DNA of 64,000 nt from Bacilli bacterium (GCA_900768815.1 CAAGEE010000018.1:67138-131137), one strand, 5' to 3'. Counted from the first letter of the stretch, positions 39,817-50,261 are shown. The notes: generated by a model not told the origin, from the sequence alone. Numbers and translations are program-made.

Positions 39817-40842
39817 ATGAAAAAGAAATGGTCTTTAAAGAAAAAACTTATTGTTATTTTTTCTAGTCTTTTTGTGGCTGGTGTTTCTGTACTTTTATTT
39901 TTGTTTTATGGTCCTTGGGATGGATTTAGAAACTTTTGGATAACATCGGCTATGACTACTATGAATCATCAATATTTAGCAACTTGGTTATATAGTGATG
40001 AGACTATTCAAAAAGTACTTGCTAATAACCAAATTGTTGAAATTGATGAGGTTAGTGATTCTAATTCTATTAAGATAAGAAAGTATTCTGCTAAAACTAT
40101 TTATAAAAATGAATATGAAAAGGCAGTTTTAACTAGGGATTCTGGAAATGATTTATATAAAGTTATTCCAGTATCAGGAACTTCTTATCAAGGCTTTTTA
40201 GTTGCTGTATATGATCCTTCTAGAATATCTGTTGCAACTACTAAATATTTGGGAAAATATGGAGAGTCTATTACGACAGTTGCAAAAAGAGAAAATGCTA
40301 TTATAGCTATGAATGCTGGAGGATTCTATGATCCGGATTGGAATTCTAATGGGGCTTTGCCACATGGCACTGTTATCTCTAATGGAAAAGTGGTTAGTGA
40401 TTATGAGGATGCTAGAGTTGGTGGAGGATTTATTTGCTTTACAAAAGAAAATAAGTTAATATTAGGAAAAATGACTAAAGAGGAAGCTTTAGCTAAAGGA
40501 TGTCGTGATGCTGTTGAGTTTGGACCTTATTTAATAGTAAATGGAAAGAGTTCATTTATAAAAGGAAATGGTGGTTGGGGTATTGCTCCTAGAACTGCTA
40601 TTGGACAAAGAAAAGATGGTATAGTTTTAATGCTTGTTATTAATGGAAGAATTCCATCAAGTATAGGTGCTGATTTAGTTGATCTTACTGAAATAATGGA
40701 AAATTATGGAGCATATAATGCGGCTAATTTGGATGGTGGTTCTTCTTCAGAACTTGTTATAAACCAAAAAATAGTTAATACTCCAGTTGCTGGTGGTGTA
40801 AATGGATTAAGAGATATGCCAACTTTCTGGATTGTTAAATAA
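39817..40842 (+). CDS. phosphodiester glycosidase family protein (NAGPA/DUF2233-like), membrane-anchored
   Basis: N-terminal TM. C-terminal IAMNAGGFYDP, GGGFICFTKENKL, FGPYLIVNGK, AIGQRKDGIVLMLVINGR and NLDGGSSSELV are characteristic of the phosphodiester glycosidase domain. Confidence 0.7.
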   Translation: MKKKWSLKKKLIVIFSSLFVAGVSVLLFLFYGPWDGFRNFWITSAMTTMNHQYLATWLYSDETIQKVLANNQIVEIDEVSDSNSIKIRKYSAKTIYKNEYEKAVLTRDSGNDLYKVIPVSGTSYQGFLVAVYDPSRISVATTKYLGKYGESITTVAKRENAIIAMNAGGFYDPDWNSNGALPHGTVISNGKVVSDYEDARVGGGFICFTKENKLILGKMTKEEALAKGCRDAVEFGPYLIVNGKSSFIKGNGGWGIAPRTAIGQRKDGIVLMLVINGRIPSSIGADLVDLTEIMENYGAYNAANLDGGSSSELVINQKIVNTPVAGGVNGLRDMPTFWIVK

Positions 40843-40862
40843 ATAATGATGGGTGTGGTTTT

Positions 40863-41249
40863 ATGTTAATTTTAGACTTGACTGCTGTATGTGGCAGTTA
40901 TGCAGTCGCAACATTACTTAGTGTATTTAAAAGAGCACTAAACTTAATACAAATGATTGGACCGATTGTTGGTATAATTGCGTTAATTATTAACTTTACA
41001 AAACTGATGATTACACCAGATGAGAAGAAATTAAAGAATGTAATTAGAAACTGGGCTATTGCTATTATAATGCTGTTTCTTATACCAACGTGTGTAAATT
41101 TAGTGATGCGGTTATTTGATGATACATTTACAGTTAGTAAGTGTTGGAATCAGGTGGATGAATTATTTGATAATGGAGTTATTTATAATACTTTAGAAAA
41201 TAGTATTGATTTGGGTAATGGTGAATATAGTTTAATTATGGAAAAATAA
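40863..41249 (+). CDS. small membrane protein (hypothetical)
   Basis: 128-aa ORF with three predicted TM helices. Confidence 0.4.
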   Translation: MLILDLTAVCGSYAVATLLSVFKRALNLIQMIGPIVGIIALIINFTKLMITPDEKKLKNVIRNWAIAIIMLFLIPTCVNLVMRLFDDTFTVSKCWNQVDELFDNGVIYNTLENSIDLGNGEYSLIMEK

Positions 41250-41260
41250 TGAGGTGTCTC

Positions 41261-42520
41261 ATGAATAATAAACGTAAATTAATAAATATAATCATAGTTG
41301 TACTTGTTTTGATTATGGCTTTTTCTATAATTGGAACAGGTATTTTTTTGCATAATAAAAATATAGAAGATAGAAAAAAACAAAATAAGGAAAATGAGAA
41401 AGTATTAGTAAAGAAGATTACTGATAGTTATAGTAAGTATGTGAAGGTTAAAGAGGGAAGCTTTTTATATAAGAGTGGTAATGGGAAGTATGAAAAGATA
41501 ATTAAACTTGATAAGGATAAGGAGTTTACTTTAGAAGATATTAAGATAGATAAAAATACTAAGTATTTTCTTATTAAGGAATTAGGTTATTACGTTAAGT
41601 ATCAAGATGTTATAAAGATTGATGCTTTGAGTAGTAAAGATATGCGTTATAAGAGTTATTTACCATTTAACTTTAATGTTGTTACTAAAGATAAGAGTAC
41701 TTTATATCAAAATGGGGAAGCTATTTATGAAGTATTTTATAGTTTGGATTTAGCGGTTATTGAAAAAGATGATAATGGATATGTTGTTGAGTTTAATGAT
41801 GAGGAGTTTTTGATTAAGAATGAGGATATTCTTAGTACGCATGATGTTGTTAATACTACGATGAGTGAAGCCAATAGTGTTCCGGTTACTGTCTATCATT
41901 TCATTTATTTAGATGGGGATTCTAGTTGTGGTGAGTCTATTTGTCATAGTGAGGGACAAATTAGAGAGCAGTTTAATTTTTTGAAGGATAATAATTATTT
42001 TACTTTAACTACTACGGAGTTAGGTAAGTTTATTGATGGTAAAATTAGATTACCGGAGAAATCTATTTTAATTACTATTGATGACGGAGCTAGGGCTTGG
42101 AATTTTGTACCTATACTTAATGAGTATAAAATTAACGCTACATTATTTTTGATTTCTAGTTGGTATGATTTGGAACAGTTTGAATCTCCTTATTTAGAGA
42201 TTGCTAGTCATACTCATGATTTACATTGGCCTGGACGTTGTCCTGGTGGGCAAGGTAGTCCGTTGAAGTGTTCAGATAAGAATGTTTTGTTAGAGGATTT
42301 AAGAAAAAGTAGAGAGAAGCTTAGCGGTACTAAGGCATTTTGTTTTCCATTTTATGAATATAATGATTATGCAATATCGGTTTTAAAAGAAGCTGGTTTT
42401 GAGATGGCGTTTATTGGTGGTGGTAGAAGAGTTACTAGAGGAATTGATAAATTTAGAATACCTAGAATAACAATAAATAGTTGGACTGATTTAAATACGT
42501 ATGTTAGGTATGTATCTTAA
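41261..42520 (+). CDS. polysaccharide deacetylase (NodB-homology) domain protein, membrane-anchored
   Basis: N-terminal TM. C-terminal ITIDDGARAWNFVPILNEYKINATLFLI and EIASHTHDLH match the NodB motifs TFDDG and H-x-x-H. Start at 41249 or 41261. Confidence 0.7.
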   Translation: MNNKRKLINIIIVVLVLIMAFSIIGTGIFLHNKNIEDRKKQNKENEKVLVKKITDSYSKYVKVKEGSFLYKSGNGKYEKIIKLDKDKEFTLEDIKIDKNTKYFLIKELGYYVKYQDVIKIDALSSKDMRYKSYLPFNFNVVTKDKSTLYQNGEAIYEVFYSLDLAVIEKDDNGYVVEFNDEEFLIKNEDILSTHDVVNTTMSEANSVPVTVYHFIYLDGDSSCGESICHSEGQIREQFNFLKDNNYFTLTTTELGKFIDGKIRLPEKSILITIDDGARAWNFVPILNEYKINATLFLISSWYDLEQFESPYLEIASHTHDLHWPGRCPGGQGSPLKCSDKNVLLEDLRKSREKLSGTKAFCFPFYEYNDYAISVLKEAGFEMAFIGGGRRVTRGIDKFRIPRITINSWTDLNTYVRYVS

Positions 42521-42645
42521 AAGTACTTTTTTAAAATAGTTTTGCTTTGAGTAAGAATGTTGTTTTATCTCTTAAAGTTTGCCTGGAGGTAGACTTTTTT
42601 TCTTTGTTTGTTATATAATATATTTTAGTAGGAGGATCTGATAAT

Positions 42646-45600
42646 ATGAAGAAAATTATGGATGGTAATGAGGCTTGTAGTTATGTTTCTTATAACTTTA
42701 CAGAGGTAGCTGGAATATATCCAATTACACCGGCTTCTCCAATGGCTGAGATTACTGATAAATGGAGTAGTGAAGGTAAACTTAATTATTTTGGTACACC
42801 AGTAAAAGTAGTAGAAATGGAGTCTGAAGCAGGTGCAGCGGGAATGGTTCATGGTTCTTTGGAAGCAGGTTGTTTAACGACTACTTATACAGCTAGTCAA
42901 GGATTATTATTAATGATTCCTAATATGTATAAAATTGCTGGAGAAATGTTACCTTGTGTTATAAATGTAGCAGCTAGATCTCTTGCAACTCATGCTTTAT
43001 CAATATTTGGAGATCATCAAGATATTTATGCAACTAGAGCAACTGGTTTTGCAATGCTTGCTTCGTCTTCTGTACAACAAGTTATGGATTTAACTGGTGT
43101 TGCTCATTTAGCAGCTATAAAGGGAAGAGTACCTTTTTTGAATTTTTTCGATGGATTTAGAACTAGTCATGAGTTACAAAAGATTGATGTAATAGATACA
43201 GATAAATTAAAAAGATTGATTGATGAGAAAGCTCTTAATGAGTTTAGAGATAGGGCTTTAAATCCTGATAAACCATTTATAAAAGGTACGGCACAAAACG
43301 AAGATATTTATTTTCAGGCTACAGAAGTTAGAAATGAATACTATAATAAAATTCCAGATATAGTATGTAAATATATGGAAGAGGTTAATAAGATCACTGG
43401 AGGAAATTATCAGCCATTTAATTATTATGGTAGTAAGACTGCTACTAAGGTTATAGTTGCGATGGGCTCTGTTTGTGAGACTATAAAAGAAACTGTTGAT
43501 TATTTAATAGAAGAGAAGAACGAAAATGTTGGATTATTAGAGGTACATTTATATAGACCTTTTAGTACTAAGTATTTTTTGAGGGCTTTACCAAAATCGG
43601 TTAAGAAGATTGCTGTACTTGATAGAACTAAGGAACCTGGTTCTACTGGGGAACCTTTATACTTGGATGTTGTTAAAACAATAAAAGAAATAGATGCTAA
43701 AGTATTGGTTGTTGGTGGTAGATATGGTTTATCTAGTAAGAATACTACACCGGCTATGATTAAGGGTTTATATGACTTTTTAGATACGAGAGAGGTTCAT
43801 AATAATTTTACATTGGGTATTAATGATGATGTTACTAAGTTATCAGTTAAGTATGATAAGAATTTTAGAATACCAAGTAATAATATTGAATTTTTGATAT
43901 ATGGTTTTGGTAGTGATGGTATGGTTAGTGCTTCTAAGGATATTATGAAGATTACCGGTACTTATACTAATGCTTATGTACAAGGTTATTTCCAATATGA
44001 TTCTAAGAAGTCTGGTGGAGTAACTATATCTAACTTAAGATTTGGTAAGAAACCAATTAAGTCTACTTATTATGTTGAAAAAGCATCGTTAATTGTTTGT
44101 ACTAAGGATTCTTATTTAAAACGTATGAAGATGCTTGAGAAGATTAAGAATAAAGGTGTATTTGTTTTAAATACGACTAAGAGTCCAGATGAAGTTTTAG
44201 CTTCTATGAGTGCACATGATAAGAAGATTTTACGTGATAGAAATGTTAAAATGTTTATTATTAATGCGACTAAGATGACAGAAGATGCTGGTATTGCTGG
44301 TAAGATTAGTGCAATTATGGAGGCATTAATATTTAAATTAGGTAAGATTGTTGATTTTAATTTTGCATTGGGTAAGATTAAAGAAAGTTTAGCGGTTAAA
44401 TTTTCTAATAAAGGTGGTGACTTAGTTACTAAGAATATCGCAGCAATTGATGCTAGTTTAGATGGACTTGTTCCTGTTAAAATACCAAATGTTGACTATG
44501 TAGAAGAGTTTGCTAAAAAGAAGAGTTTCTTTGAAATGATTGATAGTATGGAAGGAGATAATCTTCCTGTTAGTAGTTTTATAAAGATACCTGATGGTAC
44601 TTTTGAAGCTGGTACTTCTAAGTATGATAAGAGGGATTCTTCAGATATGGCACCTTGTTATAATGCGGAGAATTGTATTTCTTGTAACTTGTGTTCTTTG
44701 GTTTGTCCACATGCTGTTATTAGGCCATTCTTATTAAATGAAAAAGAACAAATAGATGCACCTGAGTCTGTTAGTCGTAATTTGATACCGGCTAATATTA
44801 AAGATAAAGATTATATGTTTACAGTTGGAGTTAGTTTACCTGATTGTACTGGTTGTTCTTTATGTAGTGAAATTTGTCCTGGTAAGAAGGGTGCTAAGGC
44901 TATTGTTATGAAGATGAAGGATGCTTTACTTGCTGATAAGAAGGATGAAGAGTATAAATATTTATTTAACGAGGTTAGTGAGAAAAAAGATGTTATGCCA
45001 ACTAATACAGTTAAGGGTAGTCAATTTAAGAAACCTAGGTTAGAGTTTCCTGGAGCATGTGCTGGTTGTGGTGAGACTCCATATTTGAAGTTGTTGACAC
45101 AATTATTTGGGGAGAAGTTGGTTATTGCGAATGCGACAGGATGTTCTTCTATATATGGTGCTTCAACTCCATCTATGCCTTATTCAATACCTTGGGCTAA
45201 TTCATTATTTGAAGATAATGCGGAATTTGGTTTTGGTATGAAGGTTGCTGATTCTGCTATTAAGAATAGAATTGTTAGTTTGATTAAGAATAATATTAAA
45301 GATGTTAAGAAGAGTGAAATTGATATTTATAAGGGATATGCTGCTGATATTAATGATGATACAGCTAAGGCTTTATTAGAAGTTATTGATGAGACTAAGA
45401 TTGAAGGCTTGGCTAAGTTAAAGAGCTTTGTTTCTCCTAAGTCTATTTGGTTAGTTGGTGGAGATGGATGGGCATATGATATTGGTTATAATGGAATAGA
45501 TCATGTTTTAGCTAATAAAGAGAATGTTAATATTTTAGTTCTTGATACTGAGGTTTATTCTAATACGGGAGGTCAGTCTTCTAAGTCTACTAGAACTGGA

Positions 45601-46074
45601 GCAGTTGCTAAGTTTGCTGCTGCTGGTAAACAGACGGCTAAGAAAGATTTAACAAAGATTGCTCTTACTTATGAACATGTATATGTTGGTACTATTTCAT
45701 TGGGAGCAAATCCAAATCAAGCTATTAAGGTATTAAAAGAGGCTGAAGCATATAATGGTCCTTCTATTATTGTTGCTTATGCACCTTGTATTGCACAAGG
45801 AATAATTAAGGGAATGAAGAATAGTATTAATGAGGAAAAGATTGCAACAGAGGTTGGATACTTCCCATTATTCCATTACAATCCAGCTAGTTTAGAGTTT
45901 AGGCTGGATAGTAAAGCTGATTTTTCTAAGTATGAAGAATTTATACTTGGTGAGGATAGATATCGTTCTTTAAAGAAACTAAATAAAAACGCTAAAGAAT
46001 TACTAGATAAAAATAAAGAGAATGCTATTAAGAGATATAAATATTATGAGAGTTTAGCAAATAGAGAAGAGTAG
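42646..46074 (+). CDS. nifJ: pyruvate:ferredoxin (flavodoxin) oxidoreductase
   Basis: About 1142 aa. Two ferredoxin-type CxxCxxCxxxCP clusters (CISCNLCSLVCP, CTGCSLCSEICP). TPP-binding region GGDGWAYDIGYNG. Strong RBS ggaggatctgataatatg. Terminator downstream. Confidence 0.9.
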   Translation: MKKIMDGNEACSYVSYNFTEVAGIYPITPASPMAEITDKWSSEGKLNYFGTPVKVVEMESEAGAAGMVHGSLEAGCLTTTYTASQGLLLMIPNMYKIAGEMLPCVINVAARSLATHALSIFGDHQDIYATRATGFAMLASSSVQQVMDLTGVAHLAAIKGRVPFLNFFDGFRTSHELQKIDVIDTDKLKRLIDEKALNEFRDRALNPDKPFIKGTAQNEDIYFQATEVRNEYYNKIPDIVCKYMEEVNKITGGNYQPFNYYGSKTATKVIVAMGSVCETIKETVDYLIEEKNENVGLLEVHLYRPFSTKYFLRALPKSVKKIAVLDRTKEPGSTGEPLYLDVVKTIKEIDAKVLVVGGRYGLSSKNTTPAMIKGLYDFLDTREVHNNFTLGINDDVTKLSVKYDKNFRIPSNNIEFLIYGFGSDGMVSASKDIMKITGTYTNAYVQGYFQYDSKKSGGVTISNLRFGKKPIKSTYYVEKASLIVCTKDSYLKRMKMLEKIKNKGVFVLNTTKSPDEVLASMSAHDKKILRDRNVKMFIINATKMTEDAGIAGKISAIMEALIFKLGKIVDFNFALGKIKESLAVKFSNKGGDLVTKNIAAIDASLDGLVPVKIPNVDYVEEFAKKKSFFEMIDSMEGDNLPVSSFIKIPDGTFEAGTSKYDKRDSSDMAPCYNAENCISCNLCSLVCPHAVIRPFLLNEKEQIDAPESVSRNLIPANIKDKDYMFTVGVSLPDCTGCSLCSEICPGKKGAKAIVMKMKDALLADKKDEEYKYLFNEVSEKKDVMPTNTVKGSQFKKPRLEFPGACAGCGETPYLKLLTQLFGEKLVIANATGCSSIYGASTPSMPYSIPWANSLFEDNAEFGFGMKVADSAIKNRIVSLIKNNIKDVKKSEIDIYKGYAADINDDTAKALLEVIDETKIEGLAKLKSFVSPKSIWLVGGDGWAYDIGYNGIDHVLANKENVNILVLDTEVYSNTGGQSSKSTRTGAVAKFAAAGKQTAKKDLTKIALTYEHVYVGTISLGANPNQAIKVLKEAEAYNGPSIIVAYAPCIAQGIIKGMKNSINEEKIATEVGYFPLFHYNPASLEFRLDSKADFSKYEEFILGEDRYRSLKKLNKNAKELLDKNKENAIKRYKYYESLANREE

Positions 46075-46094
46075 TAATTTGAATTATCTAAAAA

Positions 46095-46134
46095 AAGAGA
46101 ACTATATGAGAGAGATTCATATAGCTCTTTTTTG
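46095..46134 (+). terminator. rho-independent terminator of nifJ
   Basis: Stem agagaactatatga...tcatatagctct followed by T6. Confidence 0.6.
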
Positions 46135-46149
46135 TTGGTAGTAGATATA

Positions 46150-46330
46150 TAATAAAAAAAGATGTCGGCAAACATCTTTTTTAATTTCTATATAAGAAGC
46201 TGCACCCCCTGAGGGCAGCTTCCAAAAAGAATAAAAAGGGGTTGGCTAGTGTGATACTAGCGACCAATTCGCCTAATTCCGAATTGGTAGTTCTTATACT
46301 AATCGAAAGTTTGATATTTGTCAACAAAAA
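46150..46330 (-). ncRNA. candidate small structured RNA (orientation uncertain)
   Basis: Minus-strand TTGACA, 17-nt spacer, TAGTAT at + positions 46319-46324 and 46296-46301. This leads into about 140 nt with three hairpins (ccaattcg/cgaattgg, ctagt/actag, gaagctgc..gcagcttc with a CCCCC loop) and ends at the bidirectional terminator. No ORF. Confidence 0.25.
46156..46182. terminator. second, bidirectional-type terminator hairpin
   Basis: Stem aagatgtcggcaaacatctt flanked by A7 upstream and T6 downstream. Confidence 0.55.
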
Positions 46331-46580
46331 AGGTAAAAAAAATTAAAAAAGTTTTGCAATTTTAACTTTAATAATAATATTTATAATTTAACACAAGAAA
46401 ACTTTATAAATTATATAATGTGAAAATTATTTTGTTAATGATTTTTCTGTTGGTTGGAGGAAAATTTTTTGTATATTTATTTTTATGTTATATGCAAGTA
46501 AAAGAGTGTAAACTTTACTTTTATTTCTTTAAAAAAAGATCTTGTTATGTTATAATATGCCAAGAAGGAAGTGATACTAG

Positions 46581-48575
46581 ATGCAATTAAAAGATGTAAA
46601 AGGTATTGGACCTAAATCTCTTTCTTTATTAAATAAAATTAATATTAATAGTGTAGAAGATTTGGTAACACATTATCCTTTCCGTTATGAAATACTTGAA
46701 AGATGTAATTTGGCAGAAATAGAAGATGGAGGGAAAATTATAATAGATGGAAAAATTGAAAGTGTTCCTATATTAATGCATTTTAAAGCAGGACTTAATA
46801 AAATGAATTTTAGATTAGTAACAGCTTCTGGTGTAGTAGGAGTTTCAATTTTTAATAGAGCCTTTTTAAAGTCACAACTTACAGTTGGAACTGGGGTTAC
46901 AGTTATTGGAAAACTTGATAAGACTAAGAATGTTATAACAGCTTCTGATATAAAGTTAGAAACTTTAATGAATAAAGTAAAAATAGAGCCAGTATATCAT
47001 TGTACTGCGGGTCTTACAAATAAGAATATGTCAACATATATAAATATGGCTTTGTTGATGTTTGGAAAAGAAATATTTGATTATATACCTAGTGTTTATT
47101 TAGAAAGATATAACTTTTTAAATAAGAAGACATCATTAAATATTATTCATAATCCATCAACAATAGAAAAGTTAAAAGAGGTAAAGATTAGGCTTAAATA
47201 TGAAGAGTTATTTGCTTTTATGTTTAAGATTAATTATTTGAAATTACAAAATAAGAAAAAAAATAATGGTCTTTCTAGAAGTATTGATCGAGAGAAGATT
47301 GATAAGTTTATTGATGGGTTACCATTTAAGTTAACTGATGATCAGTTGAAAGCTGTTGATGAGATCCTTGGGGATTTAGAATCTAGTAGTCGAATGAATA
47401 GATTGTTACAGGGTGATGTTGGTTCTGGAAAGACGATTGTTTCTTTTATTGCAATGCTTGCGAATGATTTATCAGGATATCAAAGTGCTTTAATGGCACC
47501 TACAGAAATTTTAGCAACACAACATTATAATAACTTAAAGAACTTTTTAGGAGATAGTAATATTAATGTAGAGTTACTTACTGGCTCTACTCCTAAGAAG
47601 GATAAAGTTAGAATATATGAAGGATTAAAAGATGGAAGTATTTCAATGGTTGTTGGTACTCATGCTTTAATACAAGATGAGGTTGAGTATAATAATTTAG
47701 GTTTAGTAATTACAGATGAACAGCATCGTTTTGGAGTACATCAAAGAGCTAATTTACAAAATAAAGGGATTAAACCAGATGTTTTATATATGAGTGCTAC
47801 TCCTATACCTAGAACTTATGCTTTAACAATATTTGGAGATATGGATGTTTCTACGATAAAGACAAGACCTAAAGGGAGACAGAAAATAGATACTTATGTA
47901 AAGAAAAATAATGAGATTAAAGATGTACTTGGAATGATGTATAAAGAGTTAAAAGAAGGACATCAAGTATATGTTATTGCTCCGTTGATAGAAGATACAG
48001 ATAATTCTAGTGATCTTGCTACTGTATGTAATTTAAAAGATCAGATGAAGTTGGCTTTTGGAGATAAATATAAAATAGATATAGTACATGGTAAGATGGC
48101 AGCTTTAGCAAAAGAAGCAATAATGGAACAATTTAAAGAAAATAAAATACAAATACTTATATCAACAACAGTTATAGAAGTTGGGGTAGATGTTTCTAAT
48201 GCTACGACAATGGTTATTTTTGATGCAGATCGATTTGGACTTTCAACGTTACATCAATTAAGAGGTAGAGTTGGTAGAGGTACTTCTAAGTCTCAGTGTA
48301 TATTAATTAGTGATAGTGATACTGAAAGATTAAAAATAATGGAAACTGTTGATGATGGGTTTGTTATTAGTGAGGAAGACTTTAAATTAAGAGGACATGG
48401 GGATTTATTTGGTACTAAACAGTCAGGAGATATGACTTTTAAGATTGCTAATATAAGAGAAGATTATAAGATATTATTACAGGCTAAGAAAGATTCTAAA
48501 GAGTACTTACTTGATAAGAATAGTGATGAAGATGTATTAAAGAAAAAATTAATTAGTGATATAACAGAAGGATAG
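46581..48575 (+). CDS. recG: ATP-dependent DNA helicase RecG
   Basis: N-terminal wedge region. GDVGSGKT (Walker A), DEQHRFGV (Walker B/DEQH), and LRGRVGRG near the C-terminus. RBS aggaag then ATG. Confidence 0.9.
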   Translation: MQLKDVKGIGPKSLSLLNKININSVEDLVTHYPFRYEILERCNLAEIEDGGKIIIDGKIESVPILMHFKAGLNKMNFRLVTASGVVGVSIFNRAFLKSQLTVGTGVTVIGKLDKTKNVITASDIKLETLMNKVKIEPVYHCTAGLTNKNMSTYINMALLMFGKEIFDYIPSVYLERYNFLNKKTSLNIIHNPSTIEKLKEVKIRLKYEELFAFMFKINYLKLQNKKKNNGLSRSIDREKIDKFIDGLPFKLTDDQLKAVDEILGDLESSSRMNRLLQGDVGSGKTIVSFIAMLANDLSGYQSALMAPTEILATQHYNNLKNFLGDSNINVELLTGSTPKKDKVRIYEGLKDGSISMVVGTHALIQDEVEYNNLGLVITDEQHRFGVHQRANLQNKGIKPDVLYMSATPIPRTYALTIFGDMDVSTIKTRPKGRQKIDTYVKKNNEIKDVLGMMYKELKEGHQVYVIAPLIEDTDNSSDLATVCNLKDQMKLAFGDKYKIDIVHGKMAALAKEAIMEQFKENKIQILISTTVIEVGVDVSNATTMVIFDADRFGLSTLHQLRGRVGRGTSKSQCILISDSDTERLKIMETVDDGFVISEEDFKLRGHGDLFGTKQSGDMTFKIANIREDYKILLQAKKDSKEYLLDKNSDEDVLKKKLISDITEG

Positions 48576-48674
48576 AAGTATAATTGAAGTTTAAGAATAA
48601 TATTAAATATTTTTAAGTTCAATTAATATTTCTATTCTTTTTATGTTATACTTTGGTTAAAGGGAGTGTTATTT

Positions 48675-50228
48675 TTGAAAGCTTTGTTTCCAGACTATGA
48701 AAAGAGTTTAAATAATTTTGCGAGTTCTATTTTAAAGTGTTTTGGAGTAGAGTGTAGTTGTTCTAGTTTAAATAGAATTGATAAAATATTAAGAGAAGAG
48801 AGTTATAGTAATATTATTGTTTTATCTTATAATGGATTAAGTACTAGTTTTATAGAGAAGAAGATGGATAGTAAGGGTATTTTGTTAAGTAATAAGGCAT
48901 TTAATATTATTTCTACATTTCCAGCTAGTGATATTACTTCTACTATGTCTTTTTTAAGTGAAAAAACTCCGTATGAGCATGGTTTTATTGATAGTAAGGT
49001 TGATTTTAATTGTATAGAAGAAAAGGCTAATATGGGTGGTTTTATGATGCCTTTTGATATGAAGTATGAAAGTATTTTTGATAAGATAAATAATTCTTGT
49101 AATGGTAAAGCATATGCATTATTTCCTTTTGGTAAGGGTAAATATAAAAATAGGGAAGAAGCTTATAAGACAATAATTAATTTGAGTAATAATTCTGGTA
49201 AAAAGTTAATTTATGCTTACTTTGATAATTTAGATAAAGTTATGATGAAGAATGGAGTTGATTCTTCGGAAACAATAGAAGAGGTTTTAAATATAGAAAA
49301 AGAGTTAAGTAGTTTATGTGAGAAGTTGACTGATGCTATTGTTTTTGTTATTTCTGGGTATGGAAATATAGATTGTTCTAAGATTAGTTTGGATAAAGAG
49401 AAGAGTTTAGTTTGTTTAGTTAATGAGATGTTTGAGATAGAGCCTAGATGTCTAGGTGTTAAGACTTTGGAAGGAAAACAAGATGAGTTTAGGGATGTGT
49501 TTAATGAAAAATTTTCAGATAAGTTTTTACTTATAAGTTATGATGAAGTTATGTCTAGGGGATTATTTGGAAAAGATTCTGGTAGTTGTTTTAGGGATAG
49601 AATTGGTGATTTTGTTATTGTTGCGACTGATAAGTATTATTTGAGTTGTAGTAAGTGTAAGGCTAATAATAGAATGACTAAATTTGTTTCTTGTCATGGT
49701 GGATTTACTGAAAAGGAAATGTTTGTACCAATTATTGCAATTAAGAAGGGTCTATTTAAAGACGGAGTTAGGGCAGTTTGCAAGGGAGACTATGAAGAAA
49801 TTAGAAAGATGAGTTCTGGTATACAAAAGTGTAGAGCTAGTATTAGAAAGGATTTGTTTAGTAATGTTGGTCCTATTACACATTCTGATTTTGTTAAGTA
49901 TTTTGGTAGAAATGCTACGGAGACGTGTTTTGTTTATACAATAGAGGATAAGGTTGTTGGCTTTATTAAGGTAAAGCTTAAGACTCTTGGTGGGTATAGA
50001 CTTTATAATGACTTTGCTTATATTGAGATTGAAAATGTATATGTTAAGGATGATTATCGAAGAAGAGGTGTTGGAACTGAGCTTGTTAGATATGTTATTG
50101 AGTATGCTAGAAAGAGACATGTAAAGAAGATTGAGTTTAGAGCTTGGAATTTTGAGGAGGAGATGTTTAAATTTATTGAAAAATTTAAGTCTAATACGTT
50201 GTTTACAGTATTTGAAATAGATTTATAG
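48675..50228 (+). CDS. fusion protein with an alkaline-phosphatase-superfamily phosphodiesterase-like domain and a GNAT acetyltransferase domain
   Basis: TTG start 8 nt after agggag. The N-terminal about 370 aa end with SCHGGFTEKEMFVPIIAIK (HGG...E..VP of nucleotide pyrophosphatase/phosphodiesterases). The C-terminal about 130 aa have YVKDDYRRRGVGTELVRYVIEYARKRHVKKIEF (GNAT motif A). Confidence 0.6.
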   Translation: MKALFPDYEKSLNNFASSILKCFGVECSCSSLNRIDKILREESYSNIIVLSYNGLSTSFIEKKMDSKGILLSNKAFNIISTFPASDITSTMSFLSEKTPYEHGFIDSKVDFNCIEEKANMGGFMMPFDMKYESIFDKINNSCNGKAYALFPFGKGKYKNREEAYKTIINLSNNSGKKLIYAYFDNLDKVMMKNGVDSSETIEEVLNIEKELSSLCEKLTDAIVFVISGYGNIDCSKISLDKEKSLVCLVNEMFEIEPRCLGVKTLEGKQDEFRDVFNEKFSDKFLLISYDEVMSRGLFGKDSGSCFRDRIGDFVIVATDKYYLSCSKCKANNRMTKFVSCHGGFTEKEMFVPIIAIKKGLFKDGVRAVCKGDYEEIRKMSSGIQKCRASIRKDLFSNVGPITHSDFVKYFGRNATETCFVYTIEDKVVGFIKVKLKTLGGYRLYNDFAYIEIENVYVKDDYRRRGVGTELVRYVIEYARKRHVKKIEFRAWNFEEEMFKFIEKFKSNTLFTVFEIDL

Positions 50229-50261
50229 ATGTGTAAAGTAAAATTATTTTGCTGGTATAGA

